Positions 38,566 to 48,526 of a stretch of DNA of 64,000 bases are shown piece by piece. Under the pieces are notes generated by a model. That model worked only from the letters and a program-made list of their open reading frames with translations, was not told the origin of the DNA and ran no database searches. Each line of letters begins with the position of its first letter. Position 1 is the first letter of the stretch. This DNA comes from Acidobacteriota bacterium (GTDB lineage: Bacteria > Acidobacteriota > Terriglobia > Versatilivoradales > Versatilivoraceae), in the NCBI GenBank assembly GCA_028875575.1, contig JAPPDF010000087.1, positions 14,147-78,146 on the forward strand, in the 5' to 3' direction. Both the position numbers and the translations under genes were made by a program.

Positions 38566-38825
38566 TTTTGAACATCGATGCACAGGATGCACAGGATTAA
38601 CAGCACGAAAGCGTGCTGCACAAGGTGTTAACCGGCGAGACGATCCGAAACGGATTTGCGGATGCCTGGGATCAGGGCACTGCAAACTCCCAAAACCAAA
38701 TCCTGTAAATCCTGTGCATCGATGTTAATAGTCCGTTCAAGTGATGCCCGGAATTGCAGTATCTGGGACTCCCCGAGACAATCCTGTTTGTCCTGTTCAT
38801 CCATATAAATTATTCCTGTAAATCG
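38566..38825. repeat. structured intergenic repeat family B, copy 1 (~260 bp) with internal inverted repeats AACATCGATGCACAGGATGCACAGGATT / AATCCTGTAAATCCTGTGCATCGATGTT
   Basis: Direct reading. An inverted copy with ~85% identity lies at 46645..46905. Confidence 0.7.
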
Positions 38826-38898
38826 CGGCGTTGGTGCGGTCGCATAAGCCGAACTGGAAGGCGAGGGCTGCTGCGGTGGGGGTGGCGCCGCAGTTGCG

Positions 38899-41178
38899 CT
38901 ATTCACGGAATTCGTTACCGTACAGCCGTTTATACAAATGGTAGTTGCGGTGGAAGATCTTGACGTAGTTCCTGGTCTCGGTGAAGGGAATATTTTCCAC
39001 GAACTCGGCGGCTTCCCGGTAGTTGCCCTCGCTGAGCCAGAGGGAAACGGGGTCGGGTCCGGCATTGTAGCTGGCCACCGCCCGGTCGATGTTGCCCTGG
39101 AACTGTGCCAGTCGGTCGGCCAGGTACTGGCTTCCCAGGCGAATGTTCAACCGCGGAAGGAAGAGTTGGTCGATTGAGAAGCGGTCCAACTGGAGTTGGC
39201 GCGCCACCCGCCTGGCGGTCGGAGGAATGAGCTGCATCAGTCCCCGGGCCTGCGCCGCCGACACAGCCCGGTGGTCGAAGGCCGATTCCTGGCGGACCAG
39301 CGCCAGCAGCACATAGGGATCGAGCCCGTGTCTTCGAGCTTCCCGAGCAAAGAAGGGGGCGTGCTTGATGGGCAAGAGCATCCTCCAGATCTCTCTTGGC
39401 AGGGTGGCGAAGGACCGAAAGACAAAGCCCGGGAAGAGTTGCTGCAAGTGGGAAGTGGAGGCGCGGTAGTGACCGCCGCGGTCGAGGAGCATGGCCGCCT
39501 GAAGCTGAGTGCCTCGTGTGTTTGGGCTGGTTCGCAAGAGCTCCCCGGCAGCAGCCTCGAACATCTGGATCAAGCCAAGTGTCTTGACTCTGGCGGAGAG
39601 CCGTCCGGGCAGGTCTGGAACCTGGGCGGCCTGGGAGGAGAATCGGGTGGTGGTGCGGCGCTTGAAGCGGTCCAGAATGGTGGAAAGCGTCGGATCCAGC
39701 GCCGCCCGGTTGGCCTGGGTGGGGCGGTTTCCATCCAGACGCTCCCTGGACTGATGAGCATAGTAGTGGTTGCTGAAGAGTTCGGTGATTGTCTGGTATA
39801 TGGATCGGGCTTGGGCGGGATCGTCGGAATCTTCCCGGATGCGGGCGGTCCAGTAGAGAGCGGCCGGCCGGTGAGGCGAGCGCGGAAACCGCTGGAGGTG
39901 TTCGGTGAACAGGGCAAGGGCGCTACCATAGTCGCGTTTTCTGTAGTGGTGCCAGGCCACACGCCAATGGGCGCGGGTAACCCGGCGTCCGCTCGAGAAT
40001 CGGTCGGCCATCTTGCGGTAGAACCGGTTGGCCTCGTCCAGCTCACGTTTGACCAACCGGGAGTTTGCCAGGCTGAACCAGGCTCTCTCCAGCCAGGAGG
40101 ACCTGGGGTAGCGTTGCTGTATCTGTTGGACCGTTCTCAGAAAGGAAGCGTCGTCCTCGAGTCTGCGGTAGTTCTCGGCCCGGTAGAACAGGGCCTGCGG
40201 CTGCAGCGCCAATTCCGGCGGCAGGGACTGCAGCGTTCGCAGAGATTCCCGTTGCATTCTGGAGTGAAATTCTGAAATTGCCCGCCACAACTGAAGCCTG
40301 GCCCTTTCGGCGGGTGAGCCGGCCGCATCCAGGGCGGCGTTCAATGCCTCCACGGCCTGGCGATAGCGTTTCCCCTTGTAGAGCTCCTCAGCCCGTCCTT
40401 GCTTCCAGCCCGGAGGGACCTCGAAGGACTCCCGGGGATGGTCGAGCCGCAGGCGATTGATGGCCGCCAGAGCCTGCGAGCTCACCGGACTCAAGGGAAA
40501 CCGGTAGTACAGGCGGAGAAAGCCGTCGATGGATCGGCGGGTCTCTCCCATGGACTCGTGAGCGGCCGCGGCGTAGAAGAGAGCTTCGGCAGACCTGGAC
40601 AGATGAGGCCAATCCCGATGGGAATCCAGAATGAGTTGAGCTCTTCCCGCCATGAGAGCGTCTTCCCAGAGGGAAGCGACGGCCTTCCGGGCAAGATGCC
40701 CCCGGGGAAACCGCCTCAGGTAGGTAAGCCACCCCTCGATGGCACCTGCGGGACGATTGAGCTCGTGCAGGATTTCGGCGTGGTGGTAGAGGATGAAATC
40801 CGGGATCGGGACCTGGTCTGCACCGACCAGCGCCAGTTCCAGCGAGTCCAGCGCCGATTCCAGACGACCCTCCCGTAGGTCCCTGTAGCCCAGCAGGTAG
40901 TACCCGAGGGCAGCCAGCGGACTCCGCGGGTTCTGTTGACTGAACTCCAGCAGTTCCAGCCTGGCGGAAGACGAATTTCCCTCCACGAAATTACGGCAAA
41001 GCCGCTCGAATCGGACCTCGTCCAAGCCCTGGGCCAGAGCGCTGAAGCCCCAACCGGTGGGGTACAGGACCAGGCATAGCAGGATCACGCAAACCTGCCG
41101 GGGCACGAAGGAACATTTTTCACCACGTGTTGCACTCTTGAGAAATTCGCAGAGAGAGAAAGTCGTGATTGACACCAT
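38899..41178 (-). CDS. slt: soluble lytic murein transglycosylase (Slt70-like; TPR/superhelical domain plus lysozyme-like domain)
   Basis: C-terminal catalytic motifs LALVRQESAFDHRAVSAAQARGLMQLIPPTA ... ASYNAGP, with a long N-terminal alpha-superhelical region. Confidence 0.85.
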   Translation of the reverse strand: MVSITTFSLCEFLKSATRGEKCSFVPRQVCVILLCLVLYPTGWGFSALAQGLDEVRFERLCRNFVEGNSSSARLELLEFSQQNPRSPLAALGYYLLGYRDLREGRLESALDSLELALVGADQVPIPDFILYHHAEILHELNRPAGAIEGWLTYLRRFPRGHLARKAVASLWEDALMAGRAQLILDSHRDWPHLSRSAEALFYAAAAHESMGETRRSIDGFLRLYYRFPLSPVSSQALAAINRLRLDHPRESFEVPPGWKQGRAEELYKGKRYRQAVEALNAALDAAGSPAERARLQLWRAISEFHSRMQRESLRTLQSLPPELALQPQALFYRAENYRRLEDDASFLRTVQQIQQRYPRSSWLERAWFSLANSRLVKRELDEANRFYRKMADRFSSGRRVTRAHWRVAWHHYRKRDYGSALALFTEHLQRFPRSPHRPAALYWTARIREDSDDPAQARSIYQTITELFSNHYYAHQSRERLDGNRPTQANRAALDPTLSTILDRFKRRTTTRFSSQAAQVPDLPGRLSARVKTLGLIQMFEAAAGELLRTSPNTRGTQLQAAMLLDRGGHYRASTSHLQQLFPGFVFRSFATLPREIWRMLLPIKHAPFFAREARRHGLDPYVLLALVRQESAFDHRAVSAAQARGLMQLIPPTARRVARQLQLDRFSIDQLFLPRLNIRLGSQYLADRLAQFQGNIDRAVASYNAGPDPVSLWLSEGNYREAAEFVENIPFTETRNYVKIFHRNYHLYKRLYGNEFRE

Positions 41179-41825
41179 ATCGGAGAGGCACTGCGTTGCG
41201 GAAGGATGCTCCCGAGCCGCCGTTCCGCGGCTACCATGAATCTTTTCTAAAAGACTAATTATAATAGACTTACTGAGGATCAGCCCGCTTCCATCCCCTC
41301 ATTATATCCCGCTGTTCGAACCGGAATCCACTGGACCGTCCAGGACGTTGACGAACAAGACCTGCGATCGTTCGGCCCCAGAGACTCTTTGTTCGGGACC
41401 GACCACCCGCGGGCGGTCGGCGCCCGCCTGCCGGCGCGACAGGGCATGAACCCTGCCAACGGCGTCCTGCCGGACGCCCCACGCGCAAGCGCAGCCCGGA
41501 AGGGCAGCGCGGTCGCTGGACCTGAAGCGCCGGACATGAAATCGGAGGCAGCTACCATGGCGGCCACGGCCGCCACCGCGAGAGGTTCGCCGTGGCGTTC
41601 CTGTGCAGCCTTCGGATCCGATGCTGCAGCGCGTCAGTATTGTCGCTTGACTGGCCCCTTCCTGGTGACATTTATGTGACAGCGATATGAGAGAGTGAAA
41701 AACACGTGAAATCTACACTAATTTGGAGGGACACCACACTCTATATTCATAACTTATTGTTACTATGCTCTGTCGGTGGTTGCCGTGCAATGTCACATCT
41801 TGGAGACGTCAATGGGGAGGCAGAC

Positions 41826-44531
41826 ATGACGGGCAGGGAAGCGTCCTGGATGGTTCTTTTGGGGTGTATTGTAGTTCTGGCTGGCCTCTTTACCGAGGTG
41901 CGTCCCGCCGCGGCACAGGCGCAGGGAGATTGTCCGGTCCCTCCCGGCGTGACTCTTCCTGCGGATCCGAGTGTTACGGCCCAACAGGTGGAGGAGGGCA
42001 GCGCCAGCCTGATGGACTTTGCGCTGGCCGCGAGAGAAAAATTCAAGAGCCAGACCCAGCAAACAGAGAATCTGGAACAAGTACTATACTTTGGATGCAT
42101 CGTCCGTCAGGAGGGGAGTGCTTACCGTTCCGGTTCCACCTATCTTGTGCAACTGCTGCTCGATGGCAGGGTATTCGTCCATGCGAAGAACATGGCATTG
42201 TCGGGGACGCTGCTCAACCCCTTGATCTATGCAGAGATCCTTACTGTGCTGGGAGTCGAACCGACTGTGCTGGCCGGCTTGGCTTCCCCCGATCCTGCTA
42301 CCGCCGCCCAGGCTCGCACCGCCCTCCTGGACACATTGTCGCAAGAACCGGCTGCCCCATTCGATGCGACCACCCCTGTTCCAGGCCTGCGGCCGGGGAT
42401 TCCAGGCGCCTCCGGCTATGCCACCGTCTATGTCTCGGTCAATTTCGGAGGCCCGACCGTGCTGCTCGCCGGATTCGATCTCAATGAATCTCACCTGGCT
42501 GAAGAAACTATCGATTATGGCAACCCGTCCGTTACTGCCGGAGAGGTGGTGGACCGACAAACCCTGAAGGACTTTGTTACGGAAGCAGGGGAGTACTTTC
42601 TCCAATTACGGGAGGCCGGCGATTTCGCCGCAGCGTGGAAAGCCAAGATCGCCTTGCGGGATCCGAACGGACCCTGGAGACACGGTCCCGTGTATCTCTA
42701 CGTCCTGGATCTGACCAGCAACATCATCTTATTTCACGGCGCGTTTCCGGACAGATACGAGCTGCGACCCCTGGTAGCGACTGTCCGGGACGTCATTACC
42801 GGAGAGCTTATTCTGCCTCAGGTCATCGAAGCAGCAAAAAGTAACCCGGAAGGCGGCTTCGTGGAGTATTACTTCGACGATCCCACCGACGACACCGACA
42901 GCGCCGATATCCCCAAGGTGGGCTACGCCCGCGAGTTCAAAACTGAAATCAACGTAGGCTCACGCGTAGTCCCGTTCAACTTCATCGTTGGATCCGGTTT
43001 TTATACCAGAACAGGTCCGGCGGACACCATGACCCGGTTCGTCCCGGTGGTGCTGGACTCGAGGGGAAAGAGCAAGTCCCACTTCACCTCGGAGCTGGCC
43101 TTGACCAACCGGGGGCCCGATGCGGCCATGCTCAACTTCACCTACACGGCTGACAAGGGCGGGGGCAGCGGCGCCGCCACCGACATGCTGGGTCCCCACC
43201 AGCAGATGATCGCCTCCAACGCCATCGACTATCTCAGGAGCCTCGACGTTCCCATTCCCGAAACCGGCAAGCGGGTCGGGACCTTGCGAGTGGATGTCTC
43301 GGGTTCCTCCGATACAAGCGTGCGGGTCCGGACCACCACCCGCACGACCGTCCCCGAAGGGCGGGCCGGGCTGGCCTATCTGGGGGTTTCGGAAAACGAG
43401 GGATTCCACCACGAAGCGGTCTACCTGTGCGGACTGCGCGACAACCCGCAGGACCGCTCCAACGTGGCCGTCCAGAACATGGGGTCGGAGGGCTCGATCA
43501 CCTTGAGGATCACAGCCTTTTCCGGTAATCCGAGCGACCCCAGGGGCCAAGTGGTGTGGGAAGACACGCTGGGGCCGGGAGAATTCCACCAGGCAAACGA
43601 AGTGTTGAAGAACGCCGGCAAGACCGATCCCATGTCCGGGGGCTACGTCCGGGTGGAGCGGGTGGAGGGAATGGCTCCCTTCTATGCCTATGGAGTCATC
43701 AACGACAACGTCAACTCGGACGGGTCTTTCGTCTTTCCGGTCACGGCAGGTTCACTGGCGGGAGTCCGTGAGCAGACGCTGCCGGTCGTCATCGAAAACC
43801 CCAGCTTCAGCACCGAACTGATCTTGACCAACTTCTCGGATGAGGCCAAGTTGGTCGACGTCCACTTTGTGGCCGATGCCATCGGGACGCCCGACAAGAC
43901 TGCCTCGGTCACGGGCGACCTGATCCCTCCTGGAGGGCAGGCGATTATTCCCGACGCTGTGCAAATGCTGCGCGAGTCCGGTGCGGAGGGTATCGGCCCG
44001 CGCGGCCGGACCATCGCGGGGGCGGCATTCTTCACGGCACCCGTGGCAGACCTGAGCGGGGTGGTGATCGCGGCCCGGGTGGTGGCCCAGGCGGACCCGG
44101 AGGACCCGACCAAAGGGCAGTACGGCGTCTTCTACACGGCGGTGCCCCGGGGCCGGGGTTTCACCCAAAGCGCCTGGGTGGACGGGTTGCAGCAGAACGA
44201 GGAGAACCGCAGCAACCTGGCCCTGATCAACACCGGAGAAGTCGATGACCAGGACATCGTCTTCGAGATCGACATCTACGACGGGGAGACCGCCGCGCTA
44301 AGCAAGACCGTTACCATGGACGAGGAAGGTAAACTCGTCGTTCCGGCCAAGGGTTTCAAGCAAATCGACCAAGTGCTGAAGCACGCCCCGGGAACCAGGC
44401 AGGGCTATATCGAGATCCGTAAGGTATCCGGAACCAGCCCCAATCCCTTCCTGGCTTACGGGGTGGTGAACGACGGCGGGACCCCGGGTGAGAGAACCGG
44501 TGACGGTGCCTATATCCCGGCCCGAGAATAG
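41826..44531 (+). CDS. large secreted protein of unknown function (signal peptide; N-terminal Cache-like segments; C-terminal repeated beta-rich Ig/CARDB-like modules)
   Basis: Signal peptide MTGREASWMVLLGCIVVLAGLFTEVRPAAAQA. The C-terminal part has a repeated motif (ELALTNRGPDAAMLNFTY / ELILTNFSDEAKLVDVHF / NLALINTGEVDDQDIVFEI). It is preceded by a ~650-bp AT-richer leader. The domain calls are tentative. Confidence 0.55.
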   Translation: MTGREASWMVLLGCIVVLAGLFTEVRPAAAQAQGDCPVPPGVTLPADPSVTAQQVEEGSASLMDFALAAREKFKSQTQQTENLEQVLYFGCIVRQEGSAYRSGSTYLVQLLLDGRVFVHAKNMALSGTLLNPLIYAEILTVLGVEPTVLAGLASPDPATAAQARTALLDTLSQEPAAPFDATTPVPGLRPGIPGASGYATVYVSVNFGGPTVLLAGFDLNESHLAEETIDYGNPSVTAGEVVDRQTLKDFVTEAGEYFLQLREAGDFAAAWKAKIALRDPNGPWRHGPVYLYVLDLTSNIILFHGAFPDRYELRPLVATVRDVITGELILPQVIEAAKSNPEGGFVEYYFDDPTDDTDSADIPKVGYAREFKTEINVGSRVVPFNFIVGSGFYTRTGPADTMTRFVPVVLDSRGKSKSHFTSELALTNRGPDAAMLNFTYTADKGGGSGAATDMLGPHQQMIASNAIDYLRSLDVPIPETGKRVGTLRVDVSGSSDTSVRVRTTTRTTVPEGRAGLAYLGVSENEGFHHEAVYLCGLRDNPQDRSNVAVQNMGSEGSITLRITAFSGNPSDPRGQVVWEDTLGPGEFHQANEVLKNAGKTDPMSGGYVRVERVEGMAPFYAYGVINDNVNSDGSFVFPVTAGSLAGVREQTLPVVIENPSFSTELILTNFSDEAKLVDVHFVADAIGTPDKTASVTGDLIPPGGQAIIPDAVQMLRESGAEGIGPRGRTIAGAAFFTAPVADLSGVVIAARVVAQADPEDPTKGQYGVFYTAVPRGRGFTQSAWVDGLQQNEENRSNLALINTGEVDDQDIVFEIDIYDGETAALSKTVTMDEEGKLVVPAKGFKQIDQVLKHAPGTRQGYIEIRKVSGTSPNPFLAYGVVNDGGTPGERTGDGAYIPARE

Positions 44532-44762
44532 GGTTCAATCGAGGCCGAATGGAGTCCTTGCACATCCCCTCTCACCAGACCGCTGTCACACCTTACCCTT
44601 CCCGGTGCCGCACCCGCGGCCGAGAGAGCGTTGCTCGCTCCACTTTCTTCTCGCTCGTGCGTCGCCCGGCGCGCCGGGCGACGCGGAGAAGCGCCTCGCT
44701 TTGCTTTACTGTATCGGACGGAGAAAAGCGGTTGTGAATTTCCAGGGATGCTACCTGCGCAG

Positions 44763-45437
44763 CTACGGTTGCGCCGGATTCACGCGATCGGCCAGTAGCG
44801 TCTGAATGGCGTCAAAGGGTCGCCGGTCTCTCCAGCGATCCAGCCGCAAGCCGGCTTGGCCGCGGACGCATTTGTCGGCATAAGGGGCCAAGATCTGTTC
44901 TACGGAAGGGTCCTGGGCGGTGTCGGATCGGTCGGTCTCCGGAAGGAATGGGTTGACCACTACCAGGTCAGCCGTCTCCATGAGTCGTTCGGAGTCGCCT
45001 TTCCACCAATCCCGGGGAAGTAGAGGATTTACCACGAACAGCAGCAAATCGGGCGTCAAGTGCCCCAGGACCGTGTTTCCCTCGGTCAACAGCAGGGTGC
45101 TTTCCCGGAAGCGATCCCTGTGCAGCAGGTCCACAAGTGCCGGATACCCGTCCGGCCGTGCCACACCCCAGATAGTCTGCCTGGCGCCGGCCTCCACCAG
45201 TTTCCCCGTGTCCGTATCCGGTTGAGCCAGAACACTGGGGTCTTCGCACAGTAGAAAGCTCCCCTCCAGGCGATGGCAGGGGCAGCCGCTGTTTCCGACC
45301 GGGCAGAACTGTTCGTCCCGATAGATGGTGGTGAACTTGGCGGTTGAAAAAGCGCCCGGGAACGCCTGCAGAATAGCCAGCAGCAGCGATGTTTTTCCAG
45401 AGCCGTTGCAGGGTGCTGCGACTGAGACCTGAAGCAT
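44763..45437 (-). CDS. hypothetical P-loop NTPase with Cys-rich motif (MobB/HypB-like?)
   Basis: Walker A CNGSGKTSLL plus CPVGNSGCPCH. I cannot place the family. Confidence 0.45.
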   Translation of the reverse strand: MLQVSVAAPCNGSGKTSLLLAILQAFPGAFSTAKFTTIYRDEQFCPVGNSGCPCHRLEGSFLLCEDPSVLAQPDTDTGKLVEAGARQTIWGVARPDGYPALVDLLHRDRFRESTLLLTEGNTVLGHLTPDLLLFVVNPLLPRDWWKGDSERLMETADLVVVNPFLPETDRSDTAQDPSVEQILAPYADKCVRGQAGLRLDRWRDRRPFDAIQTLLADRVNPAQP

Positions 45438-45538
45438 GATTCAGGATTCTAGCGCCAACCGCGCCGGCTTCCGAAGCAAAATTGTGTGGTGGGGGCGCTG
45501 TGAGGGTTCCAAGTCCGGTGTGCGGCCATTGGGGAATT

Positions 45539-46540
45539 TCAGGGATCGGCCGGGTTGATGCCTGCCAGCCGGTTCCAGGCAATCACGGCTGCACCGACGG
45601 CGCCGGCGTGGTCGCCCAGTCGAGAGGGCACGATTCTGACGGGCTCCAGGTGTGGCGCCCGGAGAATGTGCCGGGTGGCCGTCGCACGAATCGGCTCCAG
45701 GAACTCATCCTTCAACCGATCTGCGATGCCTCCGCCAATCACCACGCAATCCGGGTCCAGCAGGTTGACCAGGCTTGCCACCAGGAGCCCCAGGCAGTGC
45801 TGGGCCCGTTGCAGGATTTCCCGCATGAGGGGGTCTCCCTCCCTTAGCGCCTCTTGAATCACCCGGCTGGTCATTCGCTCCCGACCCATTCTGGCCATGA
45901 TGTCCGGAACCAGACTGGTCCGCCCCGAATCGACGGCTTGACGCATGTCCCGCTCCATGGCCGTGCGGCTGGCCAATCCTTCGGCGCAGCCCTCGCGCCC
46001 GCACCCGCAGAGAGGCCCTTCTGCAAGGATTTTGATGTGACCTACCTCTCCGGCCCCGCCGTGGCTTCCGTGGTAGAGCCGGTTGTTCAGTATGATGCCG
46101 CCGCCAATACCGGTTCCGACGAAAATTGCCACCAGGTTTACGGCGCCTTGTCCGGAACCGAGGGCATGCTCGCCGACCGCGCCCCCGTTGACGTCGTTGT
46201 CGAGGGTCACCGGCAGCCTCAGGAGTCGGCTGAGTGATTCCGCCAGCGGATGGTTCTGCCAATTCAGGTTTGGAGCATAGAGCACCACCCCCCTCTCGGG
46301 GTCCACGGTTCCCGGAGCTCCAATCCCGATTCCCTGAACCCGTTTCGAATTCTTTCCCAGGTCTTTCAGGAGCTTGCGGACGGTTGCTGCAATTCTCCGG
46401 TTGACGCCCTCGGGACCCAGTTCGGGACAAGTGGACCTCTTCCTGGAGGCGAGCACGCGGCCCCGGCCATCCAGCGCCACCGCCGTCATGCTGGTCCCCC
46501 CAAGGTCCACACCGACCATGAGTCCATCTTTCTTCCCCAT
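45539..46540 (-). CDS. ROK-family sugar kinase (glucokinase / N-acetylglucosamine kinase-like)
   Basis: VGVDLGGTSMTAVAL...ROK signature and zinc motif GHIKI...CGCGREGCAE. The track ORF is extended N-terminally through repeat element B; ATG 46540 with RBS is the likely start. Confidence 0.85.
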   Translation of the reverse strand: MGKKDGLMVGVDLGGTSMTAVALDGRGRVLASRKRSTCPELGPEGVNRRIAATVRKLLKDLGKNSKRVQGIGIGAPGTVDPERGVVLYAPNLNWQNHPLAESLSRLLRLPVTLDNDVNGGAVGEHALGSGQGAVNLVAIFVGTGIGGGIILNNRLYHGSHGGAGEVGHIKILAEGPLCGCGREGCAEGLASRTAMERDMRQAVDSGRTSLVPDIMARMGRERMTSRVIQEALREGDPLMREILQRAQHCLGLLVASLVNLLDPDCVVIGGGIADRLKDEFLEPIRATATRHILRAPHLEPVRIVPSRLGDHAGAVGAAVIAWNRLAGINPADP

Positions 46541-46644
46541 AGGAGCTCTTCTCCCGGGCGTCAACCGGCCGCTGGAGCTGGCGAGAGGTTCAGCCCCGGC
46601 ACAGCGCAACGGTTCTGAAACAGAGTCGCAGCTTACCCCGATTT

Positions 46645-46905
46645 TTTCCAGTAAATTAACATGGATGAACAGGATATACAGGATTGCCTTGGGGAGTCCC
46701 GCGTCCTGCAATTCCGGGCATCTTTGGAATGAATCATTAACATCGATGCACAGGATGCACAGGATTTTTTCAGGAAATGGCCAGCCGGCAGTCCGGGGCA
46801 TCCGTAACTCCCCGTCGAATCGTCTCGCCGGTCAACCCCCTGTGCAGCAACCCTTCGTCCTGTTAGTCCTGTGCATCCTGTGCATCGATGTTCAAAAAAA
46901 TAGTA
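46645..46905. repeat. structured intergenic repeat family B, copy 2 (inverted orientation relative to copy 1)
   Basis: Contains CATCGATGCACAGGATGCACAGGAT ... ATCCTGTGCATCCTGTGCATCGATG and is collinear with the reverse complement of 38566..38825. Confidence 0.7.
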
Positions 46906-47054
46906 AATTTCAGCGCCACGGCCAAGGAAGGTCTGGAAACATCGGTGTGGCGCCCGCTTTACAACCAGGCTGAGCTCCGCATCGGTCATTGGCGGTCAGG
47001 CGGGCGGTTGCAGGCCTTGTTGAAGCCTGGTCGTGGCTGTGGTAAATTTTCGCC

Positions 47055-47810
47055 GTGTTCGACCGTGATCGTCCGCCGAAGCGCAGGGGCCGCAGAAAGC
47101 TGGTCGGATTTCTGCGGATGCTCTTCCTGGCCGGCGTGCTCATCAGCGCTGCCTTGCTGAGCTGCTTGACAGCCATGCGTCTGGCCATTCGAGGCAGTGA
47201 AGTCACGGTTCCGGGCGTGGTGGGTCGCTCCCTGGAGGAGGCAGGTCGACGGATTTCGAGTGCGCAACTGGTCCTCAAAGTGAGAGGACACCGATTCGAT
47301 GACCATGTGCCCCCGGACGGAATCATTACTCAGAGCCCGGTGGAGGGGAGCCGCCTCAAGAACCTGGGCACCGTCAAGGTGCTGGTCAGCCTGGGGCCGC
47401 GGCGCATCCAGGTTCCCGACTTGCGCGGCAAGACGCTGAGGGCCGGACGCTATCAGCTTCTCCAGAGGGGACTCACGCCGGGCTTCACCTCGACCATCAG
47501 CTCCGACAGCACGGAAAAGGACCTGGTGCTGTCCCAGTTTCCCCTGCCCGGGGAGCAGGAGACCCGATCGCCCACGGTCAACATGTTGGTCTCGGCCGGC
47601 CGGACCAGGGTGGCCTACCTGATGCCCGATCTGGTGGGCAAGCAGTTGGGTGAGGTCTCCCGAACCTTGGCCCTGTGGGACATCGAGTTGGGAGAAGTCC
47701 ACTACCAGAGCCTTCCCGGCCTGGCCCCGGGGACCGTGTTGGAACACAGCCCGGCGGCCGGCGACATCGTTCTGGAAACAGCCTCGGTCGACTTCGAGGT
47801 GGCCCGATAG
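47055..47810 (+). CDS. membrane-anchored PASTA-domain protein (three PASTA repeats)
   Basis: N-terminal TM segment followed by three ~65-aa PASTA-like repeats (VPGVVGRSLEEA..., VPDLRGKTLRAG..., MPDLVGKQLGEV...). Confidence 0.7.
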   Translation: MFDRDRPPKRRGRRKLVGFLRMLFLAGVLISAALLSCLTAMRLAIRGSEVTVPGVVGRSLEEAGRRISSAQLVLKVRGHRFDDHVPPDGIITQSPVEGSRLKNLGTVKVLVSLGPRRIQVPDLRGKTLRAGRYQLLQRGLTPGFTSTISSDSTEKDLVLSQFPLPGEQETRSPTVNMLVSAGRTRVAYLMPDLVGKQLGEVSRTLALWDIELGEVHYQSLPGLAPGTVLEHSPAAGDIVLETASVDFEVAR

Positions 47811-47814
47811 GCCG

Positions 47815-48501
47815 ATGATTCAAATTGCACCCTCCATTCTGTCCGCGGATTTTGCCGCTCTGGGAGAGCAGGTTCAAACCGTGGAAGAGGCCGGTGCCCA
47901 TCTCCTTCATCTGGACGTCATGGACGGCCACTTTGTGCCCAACATTACCTTGGGCCCACCCGTAGTGGCGTCCGTCCGAAAGATTACCCGGCTGCCCCTG
48001 GATGTCCATCTGATGATCGAGAACCCGGATGCCTATGTCGAGGCCTTTGCCGATGCGGGAGCCGACTGGATTTCGGTCCATAGCGAGGCCTGCGCTCACC
48101 TGGACCGCACCCTCAACCGGATTCGCTCCCTCGGATTGTCGACCGGAGTGGTTCTGAATCCGGCCACCTCGCTGTCGGTCCTGGACAATGTCCTGTCCCT
48201 GGTCGATTTCGTGCTGATCATGTCGGTCAATCCCGGCTTCGGGGCCCAGAAGTTCATCCCCTACTCCTTGCGGAAGATCGAGGAGCTTCGAAAGATGATT
48301 GATCGGAAGGGACTATCCGTTAAAATAGAAGTGGACGGGGGGGTAAGCCTCCACAACCTGTGCGCGTTGGTCAGGAGCGGTGCGGAGGTGTTGGTTGCCG
48401 GTTCCCAGATATTCGGCTCGCCGGACCCTGGCGCCGTGGTCCGACAAATGATCGATCGCTCGGCCGATTGTGTCGAAAGCGGTCAGGGTGGAGTGAGATA
48501 A
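47815..48501 (+). CDS. rpe: ribulose-phosphate 3-epimerase
   Basis: MIQIAPSILSADFAALGEQV...HLDVMDGHFVPN...consensus. Confidence 0.92.
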   Translation: MIQIAPSILSADFAALGEQVQTVEEAGAHLLHLDVMDGHFVPNITLGPPVVASVRKITRLPLDVHLMIENPDAYVEAFADAGADWISVHSEACAHLDRTLNRIRSLGLSTGVVLNPATSLSVLDNVLSLVDFVLIMSVNPGFGAQKFIPYSLRKIEELRKMIDRKGLSVKIEVDGGVSLHNLCALVRSGAEVLVAGSQIFGSPDPGAVVRQMIDRSADCVESGQGGVR

Positions 48502-48526
48502 TCAGGAGACGTTCCTGGAGGAGTTC

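Noticed and set aside
45539-46801. N-terminal 87-aa extension of the ROK kinase ORF (PEKILCILCIDVNDSF...ILYILFIHVN)
   Set aside because: The extension is a translation of repeat element B (the CATCGATGCACAGGAT arrays). ATG 46540 with an upstream GGGAGA gives a standard ROK N-terminus.
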